Shown here piece by piece: positions 1 through 8,697 of a stretch of DNA of 36,536 bases. Every line of letters begins with the position of its first letter. Position 1 is the first letter of the stretch. A program made the position numbers and the translations under genes. The stretch is taken from NCBI GenBank assembly GCA_945877755.1, contig CAMCSP010000002.1, positions 1-36,536 on the forward strand. The letters run 5' to 3'. Origin of the DNA: Rickettsia typhi. GTDB taxonomy: Bacteria > Pseudomonadota > Alphaproteobacteria > Rickettsiales > JABSSG01. The notes under the pieces are model-generated. The model was not told the DNA's origin and made no database searches. It saw nothing but the letters and a program-made list of their open reading frames with translations.

Positions 1-123
1 CCTTTCGATTTAGGCTCTTATAATTCGCTGTCTACGCTTCGCCCCCCTCGTTACCTTAGGACACGCAAGACTCGCTACACAGTGGTCTGGCTAACCTTCT
101 GTGACAGGACTTTCACCTGCAAG
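1..123. other. Unclassified GC-rich segment at the window edge. It stays in frame with the adjacent adaptor gene and takes the place of its N-terminal half. Possibly the end of an inserted multicopy element.
   Basis: Hand count gives 62 G+C in the first 120 nt (~52%) against an AT-rich background. The frame starting at nt 1 has no stop and runs into the MFP ORF, but the encoded PFDLGSYNSLSTLRPPRYLRTRKTRYTVVWLTFCDRTFTCK is not MFP-like. Confidence 0.3.
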
Positions 124-843
124 ATATCGGCAGCTTTGCCTAGCGCACTAGAAGCATACCAACAAAAACTAACAAATTTAAATACCACTCAAGCAACTAT
201 TGACTCTGACAAAGCCGATATTAAAAATGCACAATTACAAATAGATTACTCAAACATAACGTCCCCAGTCGATGGTAAAACAGGTCCAATTTTACTTAAA
301 GAAGGTAATATGGTAAAGGCCAATGACACTAATTCATTAGTATCAATCAACACTATATCTCCTATTTATTGCAGCTTTTCCGTTTCAGAAAAATATTTGG
401 ATGTAATCAAAAACTCTAAGGCAAATAATTTGCTGAAATTGGTTGTAAAAACAAATAAGGATGCTGAAATTTCCAACGGTGAAATTTTGTTTATTGATAA
501 CCAGATCAATGAAGGCACTGGTACAATTAAAGTAAAGGGTTTAATACCAAACACTGATGAAGTGTTATGGCCTGGGGAATCTGTACAAGTATACCTACAA
601 TTATATTCTAAAGAAAATGCTATAATTATACCAGACAAAGCAGTGCAAATTGGACCAAACGGACAATACGTATTTGTTATAGATAAGGACAACAAAGCTA
701 AAATCCGCAATATTGAAATTGATTTTACTAATGGCGGTTATACTGTTATTGCAAGTGGCTTAAAAGCAGGAGAAAAAATAGTGACTAATGGTCAAATTAG
801 GCTACAAGATGGCACTGAAGTAAAGATTATAGGAGACAAATAA
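124..843 (+). CDS. RND efflux membrane fusion protein (periplasmic adaptor, HlyD/AcrA/MdtA family). Only the C-terminal ~240 aa are present; the signal/lipobox and first hairpin arm are missing.
   Basis: ORF 82..843. ALEAYQQKL...AQLQIDYSNITSPVDGKTG aligns with the MdtA hairpin/lipoyl junction (...AQLQLDWSRITAPVDGRVG). IDNQINEGTGTIKVKG matches LDNQIDATTGTIKVKA. The stop codon directly abuts the RND permease start. Confidence 0.85.
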   Translation: MSAALPSALEAYQQKLTNLNTTQATIDSDKADIKNAQLQIDYSNITSPVDGKTGPILLKEGNMVKANDTNSLVSINTISPIYCSFSVSEKYLDVIKNSKANNLLKLVVKTNKDAEISNGEILFIDNQINEGTGTIKVKGLIPNTDEVLWPGESVQVYLQLYSKENAIIIPDKAVQIGPNGQYVFVIDKDNKAKIRNIEIDFTNGGYTVIASGLKAGEKIVTNGQIRLQDGTEVKIIGDK

Positions 844-3800
844 TTGAATATTTCAGCGTTATTCATTAACCGACCAGTAATGACCACATTAGTCATGAGT
901 ATATTCCTGATTGCAGGAATGGTTGGCTATCAATTATTACCAATCAATGAATTGCCAAATATTGACTTTCCTACCATTCAAGTTACAGTTAGTCTACCAG
1001 GTGCAAGCCCTGACACTATGGCATCATCAGTTGCATTACCGTTGGAAAAAAGTTTTTCCACTATTGCCGGTATCGACTCAATGAATTCTGTAAGCTCCCA
1101 AGGATCAACACAAATCACTTTACAATTCTCTCTAGACAGAAATATTGATGCCGCAGCTGAAGATGTTCAAGCAGCAATTGCAGCTGCCACAAACAATTTA
1201 CCAAGTAACCTTCCATCTCCTCCATCTTACGTAAAAGTAAATCCTGCTGAAGCACCAATATTTTATCTGGCTTTAACCTCTGAAACTATGCCATTATCAG
1301 CTGTAGATGAGTATGCAGAGGTAATGATCGCCGAAAGATTATCAATGATCAATGGTGTAGCACAAGTACAAGTTTATGGGGCACAAAAATATGCCGTACG
1401 CATACAGTTAGATCCAGTTGAACTTGCTAATAGAGGAATAGGGATTGACGAAGTTGAATCTTTAATTGTTAGCAATAACGTCAATTTGCCAACCGGCTCT
1501 TTATCAAATACAAGCAAAAATATTTTGATTAGCGTTGATGGACAACTATATAATGCAGAGCAATATAAGAATTTGATCCTTACTTACCGCAATGACGCAC
1601 CTGTTTTACTGGGAGACATAGCAAATGTTGTTGATAGCGTTGAAAATGATCAAGTAGTGGCCTGGTATAATAATACTAAAGGAATAATTGTAGCAATACA
1701 AAGACAACCAGGAAGCAATACTGTAGAGGTGGTGAATCTAATAAAAGCAGCGCTGCCACAATTACGCAGTCAAATTCCTCAAGGCATTTTGGTGAATATA
1801 TTATATGATCGTTCTATTTCAATCATAAAATCAGTTAACGATGTTAAGTTCTCACTAATTATGGCTTTAGTGTTAGTTATAGCAGTAATATTTTGTTTCC
1901 TTAAGAATTTTTCATCAACGCTAATACCAAGCCTTGCTTTGCCTATATCTATCATTGGAACTTTTGCAATGATGTATTACTGGGGATATAGTATTGATAA
2001 CATTTCTCTTTTAGCTTTAACCCTATGCGTGGGTTTTATAGTTGATGATGCAATTGTAGTGCTTGAAAATATCACCAGACATATGGAAAATGGCCAAAAC
2101 AAGCTTAAAGCAGCGCTTGATGGTTCAAAAGAGATTAGCTTTACTGTAATCTCGATGACAACTTCTCTTATAGCAGTGTTCATACCTATCTTATTCATGG
2201 AAGGAATTTTAGGAAAATTACTACATGAGTTTGCAGTCACTATCATGGTTGCAATACTTATCTCAGGATTTGTATCTATTACTTTAACACCAATGATGTG
2301 TAGTTTATTTTTAAAAACAGATCACACAAAACATAATTTCTTTCTGAACAAGTTTGAAGAAATATTCAATTATATAAAAGCAAAATATGAAACCAGTTTA
2401 AAATTATCATTAATCCATAAAAAATATACTATACTAACTTTTGTAATCATCATTGTTGCAAATATTTTGATTTTTCAAATGATTCCTAAGGGTTTTTTAC
2501 CTGATGAAGATACAGGCCAATTATTTGGCTTCACCGAAACATCTCAAGATATTTCATTTAGTGAAATGTCAGTACAGCAACAAAAAGTTGCTAAAATAAT
2601 ATTAGAAGATAAAAATGTTGATTCACTAGCATCTTTTATTGGAGCGTATCCTGGTCAATCACTAAATAATGGCAGAACATTCATTAAATTAAAACCTGCT
2701 AACCAAAGACCTGGGGCTAATGTTGTAATGGATGAGCTCAGAATAAAATTGGATAATATACCAGGAATAAAAACATATCTACAAAACCTACCTATTATTA
2801 GAATTGGAAGCAAACTCACTAAAAGCCAGTATCAATTTACACTTCAAGGCATCAATCAAAAAGAGCTTTATGATTTTATACCTATTATTGAAGCAAAGCT
2901 CAATACTTTGCCAGGATTTATCAACGTTACGTCTGATTTGCAAATTGCGCAACCACAAGCAACAGTAAAAATTGACCGAGATAAAGCAGCAAAGCTTGGG
3001 GTAACTTTAGCACAAATAGAAAATACGCTATATAGTGCTTATGGCGAAAAACAAATTTCAACCATATACACTTCTAGTAACCAATATGAAGTTATATTAG
3101 AGTTGCAAAAAGAATATCAAACTGACCCTTCAGTATTCTCAATGTTATATGTGCGATCTTCGAGCGGTAATCTAGTGCCTCTTGAAACTTTAGCAACTAT
3201 TACTAATGATATTGGACCACTGCTTATTTCACATTTTGGTCAGTTACCCTCAGTTACAGTTACCTTTGATTTAAAAAATGGGTTTTCACTTAGCGAAGGA
3301 ATAGCTGAAATAAATAAGGCCATTCCTACCATGAACATGCCCCAATCTATCAGCACCAATTTCCAAGGATCAGCACAAGCTTTTCAATCATCTTTATCAG
3401 GCATGTTATGGTTAATGCTTCTAGCAATAGTAATTATTTATATAGTGCTTGGTATATTATATGAAAGTTTCATCCACCCTCTTACTATTATTTCAGGAAT
3501 ACCAACAGCTGGTCTAGGCGCTCTCCTTACCCTGTTGTTGTTTAACAGAGAGTTAGACATGTATGGATTTGTTGGACTAATGATGCTAATTGGCATCGTA
3601 AAAAAGAATGCAATCATGATTATTGATTTTGCAATTTCTGCGCAAAGAGAAAAAAATGAAAGCCCAGTTGATGCAATTTATGAAGCTTGTTTAATAAGAT
3701 TCAGACCTATCATTATGACCACTGTAGCAGCATTAATGGGAGCTTTGCCTATTGCACTTGGTATTGGCGCAAGCGGAAGCGCTAGAAGCTCACTTGGACT

Positions 3801-3918
3801 GTCCGTGGTTGGAGGACTGCTTGTTTCACAATTACTGACATTATACATAACCCCAGCAATATACCTATATCTTGAAGATGCCAAAAAATGGGTACAATCC
3901 TCAAAGAGTAAAGCTTAG
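844..3918 (+). CDS. RND family efflux transporter permease (AcrB/MdtB/MdtC-like), 1024 aa, TTG start
   Basis: N-terminus MNISALFINRPVMTTLVM...ELPNIDFPTIQV is the canonical RND start. Length and the two large periplasmic loops flanked by TM clusters fit. Translationally coupled to the upstream adaptor. Confidence 0.95.
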   Translation: MNISALFINRPVMTTLVMSIFLIAGMVGYQLLPINELPNIDFPTIQVTVSLPGASPDTMASSVALPLEKSFSTIAGIDSMNSVSSQGSTQITLQFSLDRNIDAAAEDVQAAIAAATNNLPSNLPSPPSYVKVNPAEAPIFYLALTSETMPLSAVDEYAEVMIAERLSMINGVAQVQVYGAQKYAVRIQLDPVELANRGIGIDEVESLIVSNNVNLPTGSLSNTSKNILISVDGQLYNAEQYKNLILTYRNDAPVLLGDIANVVDSVENDQVVAWYNNTKGIIVAIQRQPGSNTVEVVNLIKAALPQLRSQIPQGILVNILYDRSISIIKSVNDVKFSLIMALVLVIAVIFCFLKNFSSTLIPSLALPISIIGTFAMMYYWGYSIDNISLLALTLCVGFIVDDAIVVLENITRHMENGQNKLKAALDGSKEISFTVISMTTSLIAVFIPILFMEGILGKLLHEFAVTIMVAILISGFVSITLTPMMCSLFLKTDHTKHNFFLNKFEEIFNYIKAKYETSLKLSLIHKKYTILTFVIIIVANILIFQMIPKGFLPDEDTGQLFGFTETSQDISFSEMSVQQQKVAKIILEDKNVDSLASFIGAYPGQSLNNGRTFIKLKPANQRPGANVVMDELRIKLDNIPGIKTYLQNLPIIRIGSKLTKSQYQFTLQGINQKELYDFIPIIEAKLNTLPGFINVTSDLQIAQPQATVKIDRDKAAKLGVTLAQIENTLYSAYGEKQISTIYTSSNQYEVILELQKEYQTDPSVFSMLYVRSSSGNLVPLETLATITNDIGPLLISHFGQLPSVTVTFDLKNGFSLSEGIAEINKAIPTMNMPQSISTNFQGSAQAFQSSLSGMLWLMLLAIVIIYIVLGILYESFIHPLTIISGIPTAGLGALLTLLLFNRELDMYGFVGLMMLIGIVKKNAIMIIDFAISAQREKNESPVDAIYEACLIRFRPIIMTTVAALMGALPIALGIGASGSARSSLGLSVVGGLLVSQLLTLYITPAIYLYLEDAKKWVQSSKSKA

Positions 3919-3925
3919 TCGAAGT

Positions 3926-5446
3926 CTAAGAAGGTTGCTTTTTTATTCTAAAACTAGTGTTTGCAGTTAAAGTTCGCTGCCCTGGTTTTTTAGTAGACCC
4001 AAAATAACCTGATTTTCTTTCACCACCAAACTCAGCCCTTGGTTCTGCGCCTCTATTAGGGAAACGGCTAGGCTTTCTATCACTACCGAATTCAGCTCTT
4101 GGTTCCGCACTTCTGCTACCAGCGAAACGACTAGGTTTTCTATCATTACTAAATTCAGCTCTTGGTTCCTCACTTCTGCTAACAGCAAAACGGCTAGGTT
4201 TTCTATCATTACTAAATTCAGCTCTTGGTTCCGCACTTCTGCTACCAGCAAAACGACTAGGCTTTCTGTTATTAACAGCACCAGAGTTTGGAGCACTTCT
4301 ATACATTTTCCTTGGAACACCTTTAGAACCTCTTCTTGGAGAAGATTTGTGAGCTAGTTCTGGTAAGCTTGGATCCATAAATTTTTGAATTGCATTCCAT
4401 TTATATTCATCTTGTGGAGAAATAAAGCTCATAGCACAACCTTCTGCACCAGCACGAGCTGTTCTGCCTACTCTATGAACGTAATCCTCAGGATCTTCAG
4501 GTAAATCATAATTTATAACATGTTGAATATGAGGAACATCTAGACCACGAGCTGCAACATCAGTTGCCACCATAATTCTACAACGGCCATTACGGAATGA
4601 ATTCATCACACGCTCACGTTTTTGCTGTCTTAGATCTCCATGAATTGCCGCAGCTTCATGACGCTCTTTAGATAATCTAGTAGCGATACGATCGGCATTA
4701 ATTTTTGTTTTCACAAATACTATTATTGAACCTTCTCGTTCTTGCAATTGAATCAAAAGATTTGCATATTTTTCCGTATCAATAACTTTTAGACTTTCTT
4801 GTTTTAATTTTAATACCGGAGATACTTCTGAACCAACAGAAACTCTTTGTGGAGCATTTAAATATTTTGCTGCTAATTGCTCAATCTTTGGTGGAAAAGT
4901 TGCAGAAAACATTAAGGTTTGCCTTTCCTTAGGAATTTGACTAATAATTTTTTCAATCTGGATACTGAAACCCATGTCAAACATTCTGTCTGTTTCATCT
5001 AAAACTAAAAATGCAATATTATTACATCTCAAAGTCTGACGCTCTAAATGATCAATCACTCTACCAGGAGTTCCAACTATAATTCTTGGCTTTGATTTAA
5101 GCTGGGTAAACTGCCTAGCAATTTGTTCACCACCTATTAAAAGAGCTATATTGAAATGTGGAAGATCTTTAATTAATTGCTTAATGTTAGTGGATATCTG
5201 CTGAGCCAACTCTCTGGTTGGTGTCAAAATAAGAGCTGATTTACTTGGATCAGCAAGTATTGCTGCAATAGTTGGTATGGAGAAAGCTAAGGTTTTACCT
5301 GTGCCTGTTTGTGCTGAGCCCATAACATCTTTACCCTCTAAAGCGAGAGGAATTGTTTGCGCTTGAATTGGTGTAGGTTCTTTAAAACCAATTCGGTCCA
5401 GAGCTTTAATAAGAACTGGAGATAGATCCATTTTATGGAAATTCAT
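3926..5446 (-). CDS. rhlE: DEAD-box ATP-dependent RNA helicase (RhlE-like) with a basic repeat-containing C-terminal tail
   Basis: Q motif FKEPTPIQAQ, motif I AQTGTGKT, Ia PTRELA, II DETD (variant), III SAT, V ATDVAARGLD, VI HRVGRTARAG. Start moved to MNFHKMDLSP (5446) because the longer ORF (to 5497) overlaps the cspA terminator hairpin. Confidence 0.9.
   Translation of the reverse strand: MNFHKMDLSPVLIKALDRIGFKEPTPIQAQTIPLALEGKDVMGSAQTGTGKTLAFSIPTIAAILADPSKSALILTPTRELAQQISTNIKQLIKDLPHFNIALLIGGEQIARQFTQLKSKPRIIVGTPGRVIDHLERQTLRCNNIAFLVLDETDRMFDMGFSIQIEKIISQIPKERQTLMFSATFPPKIEQLAAKYLNAPQRVSVGSEVSPVLKLKQESLKVIDTEKYANLLIQLQEREGSIIVFVKTKINADRIATRLSKERHEAAAIHGDLRQQKRERVMNSFRNGRCRIMVATDVAARGLDVPHIQHVINYDLPEDPEDYVHRVGRTARAGAEGCAMSFISPQDEYKWNAIQKFMDPSLPELAHKSSPRRGSKGVPRKMYRSAPNSGAVNNRKPSRFAGSRSAEPRAEFSNDRKPSRFAVSRSEEPRAEFSNDRKPSRFAGSRSAEPRAEFGSDRKPSRFPNRGAEPRAEFGGERKSGYFGSTKKPGQRTLTANTSFRIKKQPS
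4028..4276 (-). repeat. About four tandem copies of a 63-bp unit (one copy 60 bp) encoding the 21-aa repeat (S/G)NDRKPSRFAGSRSAEPRAEF in the helicase tail
   Basis: Units read directly at 4028-4087, 4088-4150, 4151-4213 and 4214-4276. Protein: NNRKPSRFAGSRSAEPRAEFSNDRKPSRFAVSRSEEPRAEFSNDRKPSRFAGSRSAEPRAEFGSDRKPSRFPNRGAEPRAEF. Confidence 0.9.
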
Positions 5447-5473
5447 AATTATTTCTATGTGTGCTAAAGGATG

Positions 5474-5512
5474 AAAAGGCCTAACTTTCCTAAGCATAAG
5501 CTAAGTTAGGCC
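5474..5512 (-). terminator. Rho-independent terminator downstream of cspA
   Basis: Perfect 10-bp stem ggcctaactt (5478-5487) / aagttaggcc (5503-5512) with a 15-nt loop. On the minus strand it is followed by TTTT (5474-5477). Confidence 0.6.
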
Positions 5513-5546
5513 TTAAATAAACGAAAGTACTATAAGTTAAGCGTAC

Positions 5547-5750
5547 TTAAAGAAGCTTAAGATTAGATGCAGACACTTTGCCTTTGTTAGTAACTAATTC
5601 GTAACTAACACGTTGGCCTTCATTTAAATTTGCAATACCTGCAGCTTCTAACGCACTGATGTGAACAAACACATCACTACTACCCGATTCTGGTTGAACA
5701 AAACCATAACCTTTAGTTGGGTTAAACCACTTTACAATACCTGTTTCCAT
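5547..5750 (-). CDS. cspA: Cold-shock protein, CspA family (67 aa)
   Basis: [15 protein letters not shown] (RNP1) and DVFVHISAL (RNP2). Strong SD AAGGAG 6-7 nt upstream of the ATG. Confidence 0.95.
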   Translation of the reverse strand: METGIVKWFNPTKGYGFVQPESGSSDVFVHISALEAAGIANLNEGQRVSYELVTNKGKVSASNLKLL

Positions 5751-5995
5751 AAAAAAACTCCTTAAAACATTAATATAAATCTTATGATTTTCATAAGACC
5801 AAAAAATTTCATTCGGTAAACCGAAAGGTATTATAACGCTGAAGGAATTTTTTTAGCCTTAAAACCGAAAAAATAACTGATACCTCTTTCAAAGGAATTG
5901 CGAAAAATACTTAAATTTTCAAAGAAGAATATACATCATAAACTATTATAAAGCAAGTAGTAATTGAAATTATATTAAGAAAAGTCTAGTAAAGT

Positions 5996-6661
5996 CTAAT
6001 TTTTACTAACCTTAAATCTAAAAAAATATGGCTGTGAAGCTTTATAAGCTGCCTTCTTATAGTAACGAGTTAAAATTGCATAATCAAATGGTGTAAGCCA
6101 ATCATTTTGTGCGGTAACTTGCCAATGATAATGCAGCTGATTTAATAAATGAGAAAGAATCCATACAGCATATTCTTGATGGTCTGTAGCAACATTTAAA
6201 ATAGCTCCTGGCTTCATTTTATTATACAAAAATTCTAAGAATTCATTGTTAATTAACCGTCTTTTATGTTGTTTTTGCTTTGGCCAGGGATCAGGAAATA
6301 AAATGTAAACCGTATCAAAAATGTTATCCGGCAATTGGTTAAGTAATAATCGGACATCATCTTTCCATAATTTAATATTATCAATACCATGTTCGCTCAT
6401 TATCTTTAGAGTATTAGCTACACCATTGAGGTAAGGTTCACAGCCAATACATAAAGTATCTGGATTATTAATTGCAAATTCTGTGATAAAATCACCATTA
6501 CCAGATCCAACTTCTAAGTATAAATTGCGTGCCGAATTAACTAGTTCTTGTAAATTAACAATATGCTGTGGCAATACATATTTGATTATATCTTGACTTG
6601 ATTGACTAAGCCTCTTGCCTATTCTCCTACCAAAAGAATTGATTAATTTTTTCTCTGACAA
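5996..6661 (-). CDS. trmB: tRNA (guanine46-N7)-methyltransferase TrmB, TTG start
   Basis: LEVGSGNGDF SAM motif, GCEPY, and LFPDPWPKQKQHKRRL, the TrmB signature. Confidence 0.9.
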   Translation of the reverse strand: MSEKKLINSFGRRIGKRLSQSSQDIIKYVLPQHIVNLQELVNSARNLYLEVGSGNGDFITEFAINNPDTLCIGCEPYLNGVANTLKIMSEHGIDNIKLWKDDVRLLLNQLPDNIFDTVYILFPDPWPKQKQHKRRLINNEFLEFLYNKMKPGAILNVATDHQEYAVWILSHLLNQLHYHWQVTAQNDWLTPFDYAILTRYYKKAAYKASQPYFFRFKVSKN

Positions 6662-7306
6662 TTAAAGCCCCAAATTACGCTTCAATGCCTTACGAGCAAA
6701 TTCAAGACCTACTGTACCAATTGAATGACCAAGCATTGGCTCAATAATAGTTTCGACTGGAATATGAGCATACTCCAAAGCTGCTAACGCCATTTGCATT
6801 GCAGGCAAAGGAATAACATCATCTAGTGCACCATGAATTAAAGAAACAGGTGGCTTAGACTTTAACTCTGTTTGCAATAATTGAGGAGCAACTAACATAC
6901 CGGCAAAGCTAATAACCGCTCCTATTTTTTTAGTTCTTCTTAAAGCAGTATGCAATGCCAACATCGCCCCTTGCGAAAAACCAATTAAAGCAAGGTTCTC
7001 ATCAGATAAATTAAATTTCTGCAATTGATAATCAATAAACTGGTTAATATAAGGAGCAGCATTGTTAAGACCTTTTAACATGGATTGCTCAGAACGGTCA
7101 TTCAAACCAAACCATTGATAACCAAATGGTGCATTTTCAAATGGCAAAATACCATTTGGAGAAAAGAAATGAGTATCAGGAAAAGCCTTACTTAACTCTG
7201 CTGCTAAGCTAATAAGGTTCTCTCCATCAGCGCCATAACCGTGCAATAATATCACGATCGATGATAAAGTTTGTGTTTTAGATTTTATCTCTGGTCCAGA
7301 AATCAT
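6662..7306 (-). CDS. Phospholipase/carboxylesterase family alpha/beta hydrolase
   Basis: ILLHGYGADG, nucleophile elbow GFSQGA, GALDDVIP and GHSI are consistent with a Ser-Asp-His triad of the Abhydrolase_2 type. Confidence 0.8.
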   Translation of the reverse strand: MISGPEIKSKTQTLSSIVILLHGYGADGENLISLAAELSKAFPDTHFFSPNGILPFENAPFGYQWFGLNDRSEQSMLKGLNNAAPYINQFIDYQLQKFNLSDENLALIGFSQGAMLALHTALRRTKKIGAVISFAGMLVAPQLLQTELKSKPPVSLIHGALDDVIPLPAMQMALAALEYAHIPVETIIEPMLGHSIGTVGLEFARKALKRNLGL

Positions 7307-7312
7307 AAAATA

Positions 7313-8428
7313 TTACGCATGAAAATAAGAAAGAATTATTTCTTTATAAATTAATACTAGTTTTTGCAACTCTTCAATAGATATATGCTCATCAATTTTA
7401 TGGGCACTTTCATTAACCAGACCAAACTCAATAATGTTTGCATGATGATGGATAAATCTAGCATCAGAAGTACCACCAGTTGTACTTAATACAGGCTCTA
7501 TCCCAGTAACTTTTTTTACCGCATCTACCACTAATTTTTGCAACTGTGGAGCATTAGATAAAAATGACTCCGAAGAAGAACCAACCTTTAGAGTATAATT
7601 TTTAGTATGTCTTTTGCATATCTTATCAATCATATGCTCAAGAGAAATCGGATTATGTATGTTGTTAAATCTAATGTTAAAGCTAGCCTTTGCTTCTCCA
7701 GGAATAACATTAGTTGCTTTATTATCCACTGCAATATTGGTCACTTCTAAATTAGACTTAGGAAAATTTTCATTACCATCATCAAGGCTAAGTGATTGCA
7801 AATCAGAAAGAATTTTTACCAAAATTGTAATGGGATTGACAGCAATCTCATTATAGGCAACATGACCTTGTACGCCTTTTACATCAAGGTGAAAATTGAT
7901 AGACCCACGCCGACCTATTTTTGCCATATCTCCAACAAAAGAAGGATTAGTTGGTTCACCAACCAAGCAATCATCTATTTTAATCTCTTGTTCTTTTAAC
8001 CAATTCAATACTCTAGGAGTTCCGTTAGTAGCATCCTCCTCTTCATTACCACTAAGAAGCAGAGAAATCGTTCCCTTTATTTTATTTAGATCAATCATTG
8101 AAAGTGCAACAACAAAAGCAGCGATTGCCCCTTTCATATCAACCGCACCGCGCCCATAAAGAACACCATCTTTTACTTGTGGATCAAAAGGATTGTGTGA
8201 CCAGCCATCACCAGCAGGTACCACATCAAAATGCCCAGCAAAAGAAAAGTGACGCCCGCCCTGACCTTTGATAGAAAATAGATTAACTGTGTCTCCATAT
8301 GGCAAGACATGGTTGTGGAAGCCCATCTTTTCTAAGACAGAAGCCAGAAACAATGATGGCTCCTCTTGAGCAGGAGAAACAGATGGGATCCTAATTAAAT
8401 CCGAGGCTAAACTTATAACATCTAACAT
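7313..8428 (-). CDS. dapE: Succinyl-diaminopimelate desuccinylase (M20 peptidase)
   Basis: LIRIPSVSP, AGHFDVVPAGD...W..PF, GRGAVDMKG, GNEEE and FGL.N.SAHK..E follow the DapE/ArgE M20 metal-ligand pattern. Length is 371 aa. Confidence 0.85.
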   Translation of the reverse strand: MLDVISLASDLIRIPSVSPAQEEPSLFLASVLEKMGFHNHVLPYGDTVNLFSIKGQGGRHFSFAGHFDVVPAGDGWSHNPFDPQVKDGVLYGRGAVDMKGAIAAFVVALSMIDLNKIKGTISLLLSGNEEEDATNGTPRVLNWLKEQEIKIDDCLVGEPTNPSFVGDMAKIGRRGSINFHLDVKGVQGHVAYNEIAVNPITILVKILSDLQSLSLDDGNENFPKSNLEVTNIAVDNKATNVIPGEAKASFNIRFNNIHNPISLEHMIDKICKRHTKNYTLKVGSSSESFLSNAPQLQKLVVDAVKKVTGIEPVLSTTGGTSDARFIHHHANIIEFGLVNESAHKIDEHISIEELQKLVLIYKEIILSYFHA

Positions 8429-8697
8429 AGAACAATTTCCGTTGTGTCGGCTCCTGCAGTGAACTCAATAAAATACATAATTAATATCATAGGGCATAAA
8501 TTCCTCTTTAACCACCACTTCTTCTTTGTGGTCATCACTTAACTTAACATGCCAGTTAGGCTTGCATATTCTAATAAAGCCTCCCATGTCATAACATCTT
8601 AATTTAAAAATTTTTACTCATAAATATTAAAGAAGAAAAAGTTCAGTAGACTATATTTACTTAATAATTCAAGCAAAAATTCTAAATATTATTGGAT

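Noticed and set aside
1-123. On the minus strand, the strings GTGAAAGTCC...CACAGAAGG...GGTAACGAGGGGGGCGAAG superficially recall RNase P RNA conserved regions (GGAAAGUCC, GGUAACGCC, GGGGGAAACCC)
   Set aside because: The would-be P8/P9 helices do not pair as in type A RNase P RNA. There is no room for P1-P3, because MFP-like coding sequence starts ~124. The rest lies outside the window. It remains unresolved and is only worth an Infernal scan once extended.
3967-4320. A 117-aa ORF with its own internal repeats (LVAEVRNQELNLVMIENL...) on the same strand as the helicase
   Set aside because: It is simply the second reading frame of the 63-bp tandem repeat in the helicase tail. The helicase frame is continuous with the conserved core.
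8422-8535. A 37-codon minus-strand ORF (MTTKKKWWLKRNLCPMILIMYFIEFTAGADTTEIVLC*) whose stop overlaps the dapE start codon
   Set aside because: It is short with no recognisable motif or obvious RBS. In A/T-rich intergenic DNA such ORFs arise by chance. It cannot be supported without conservation or expression data.
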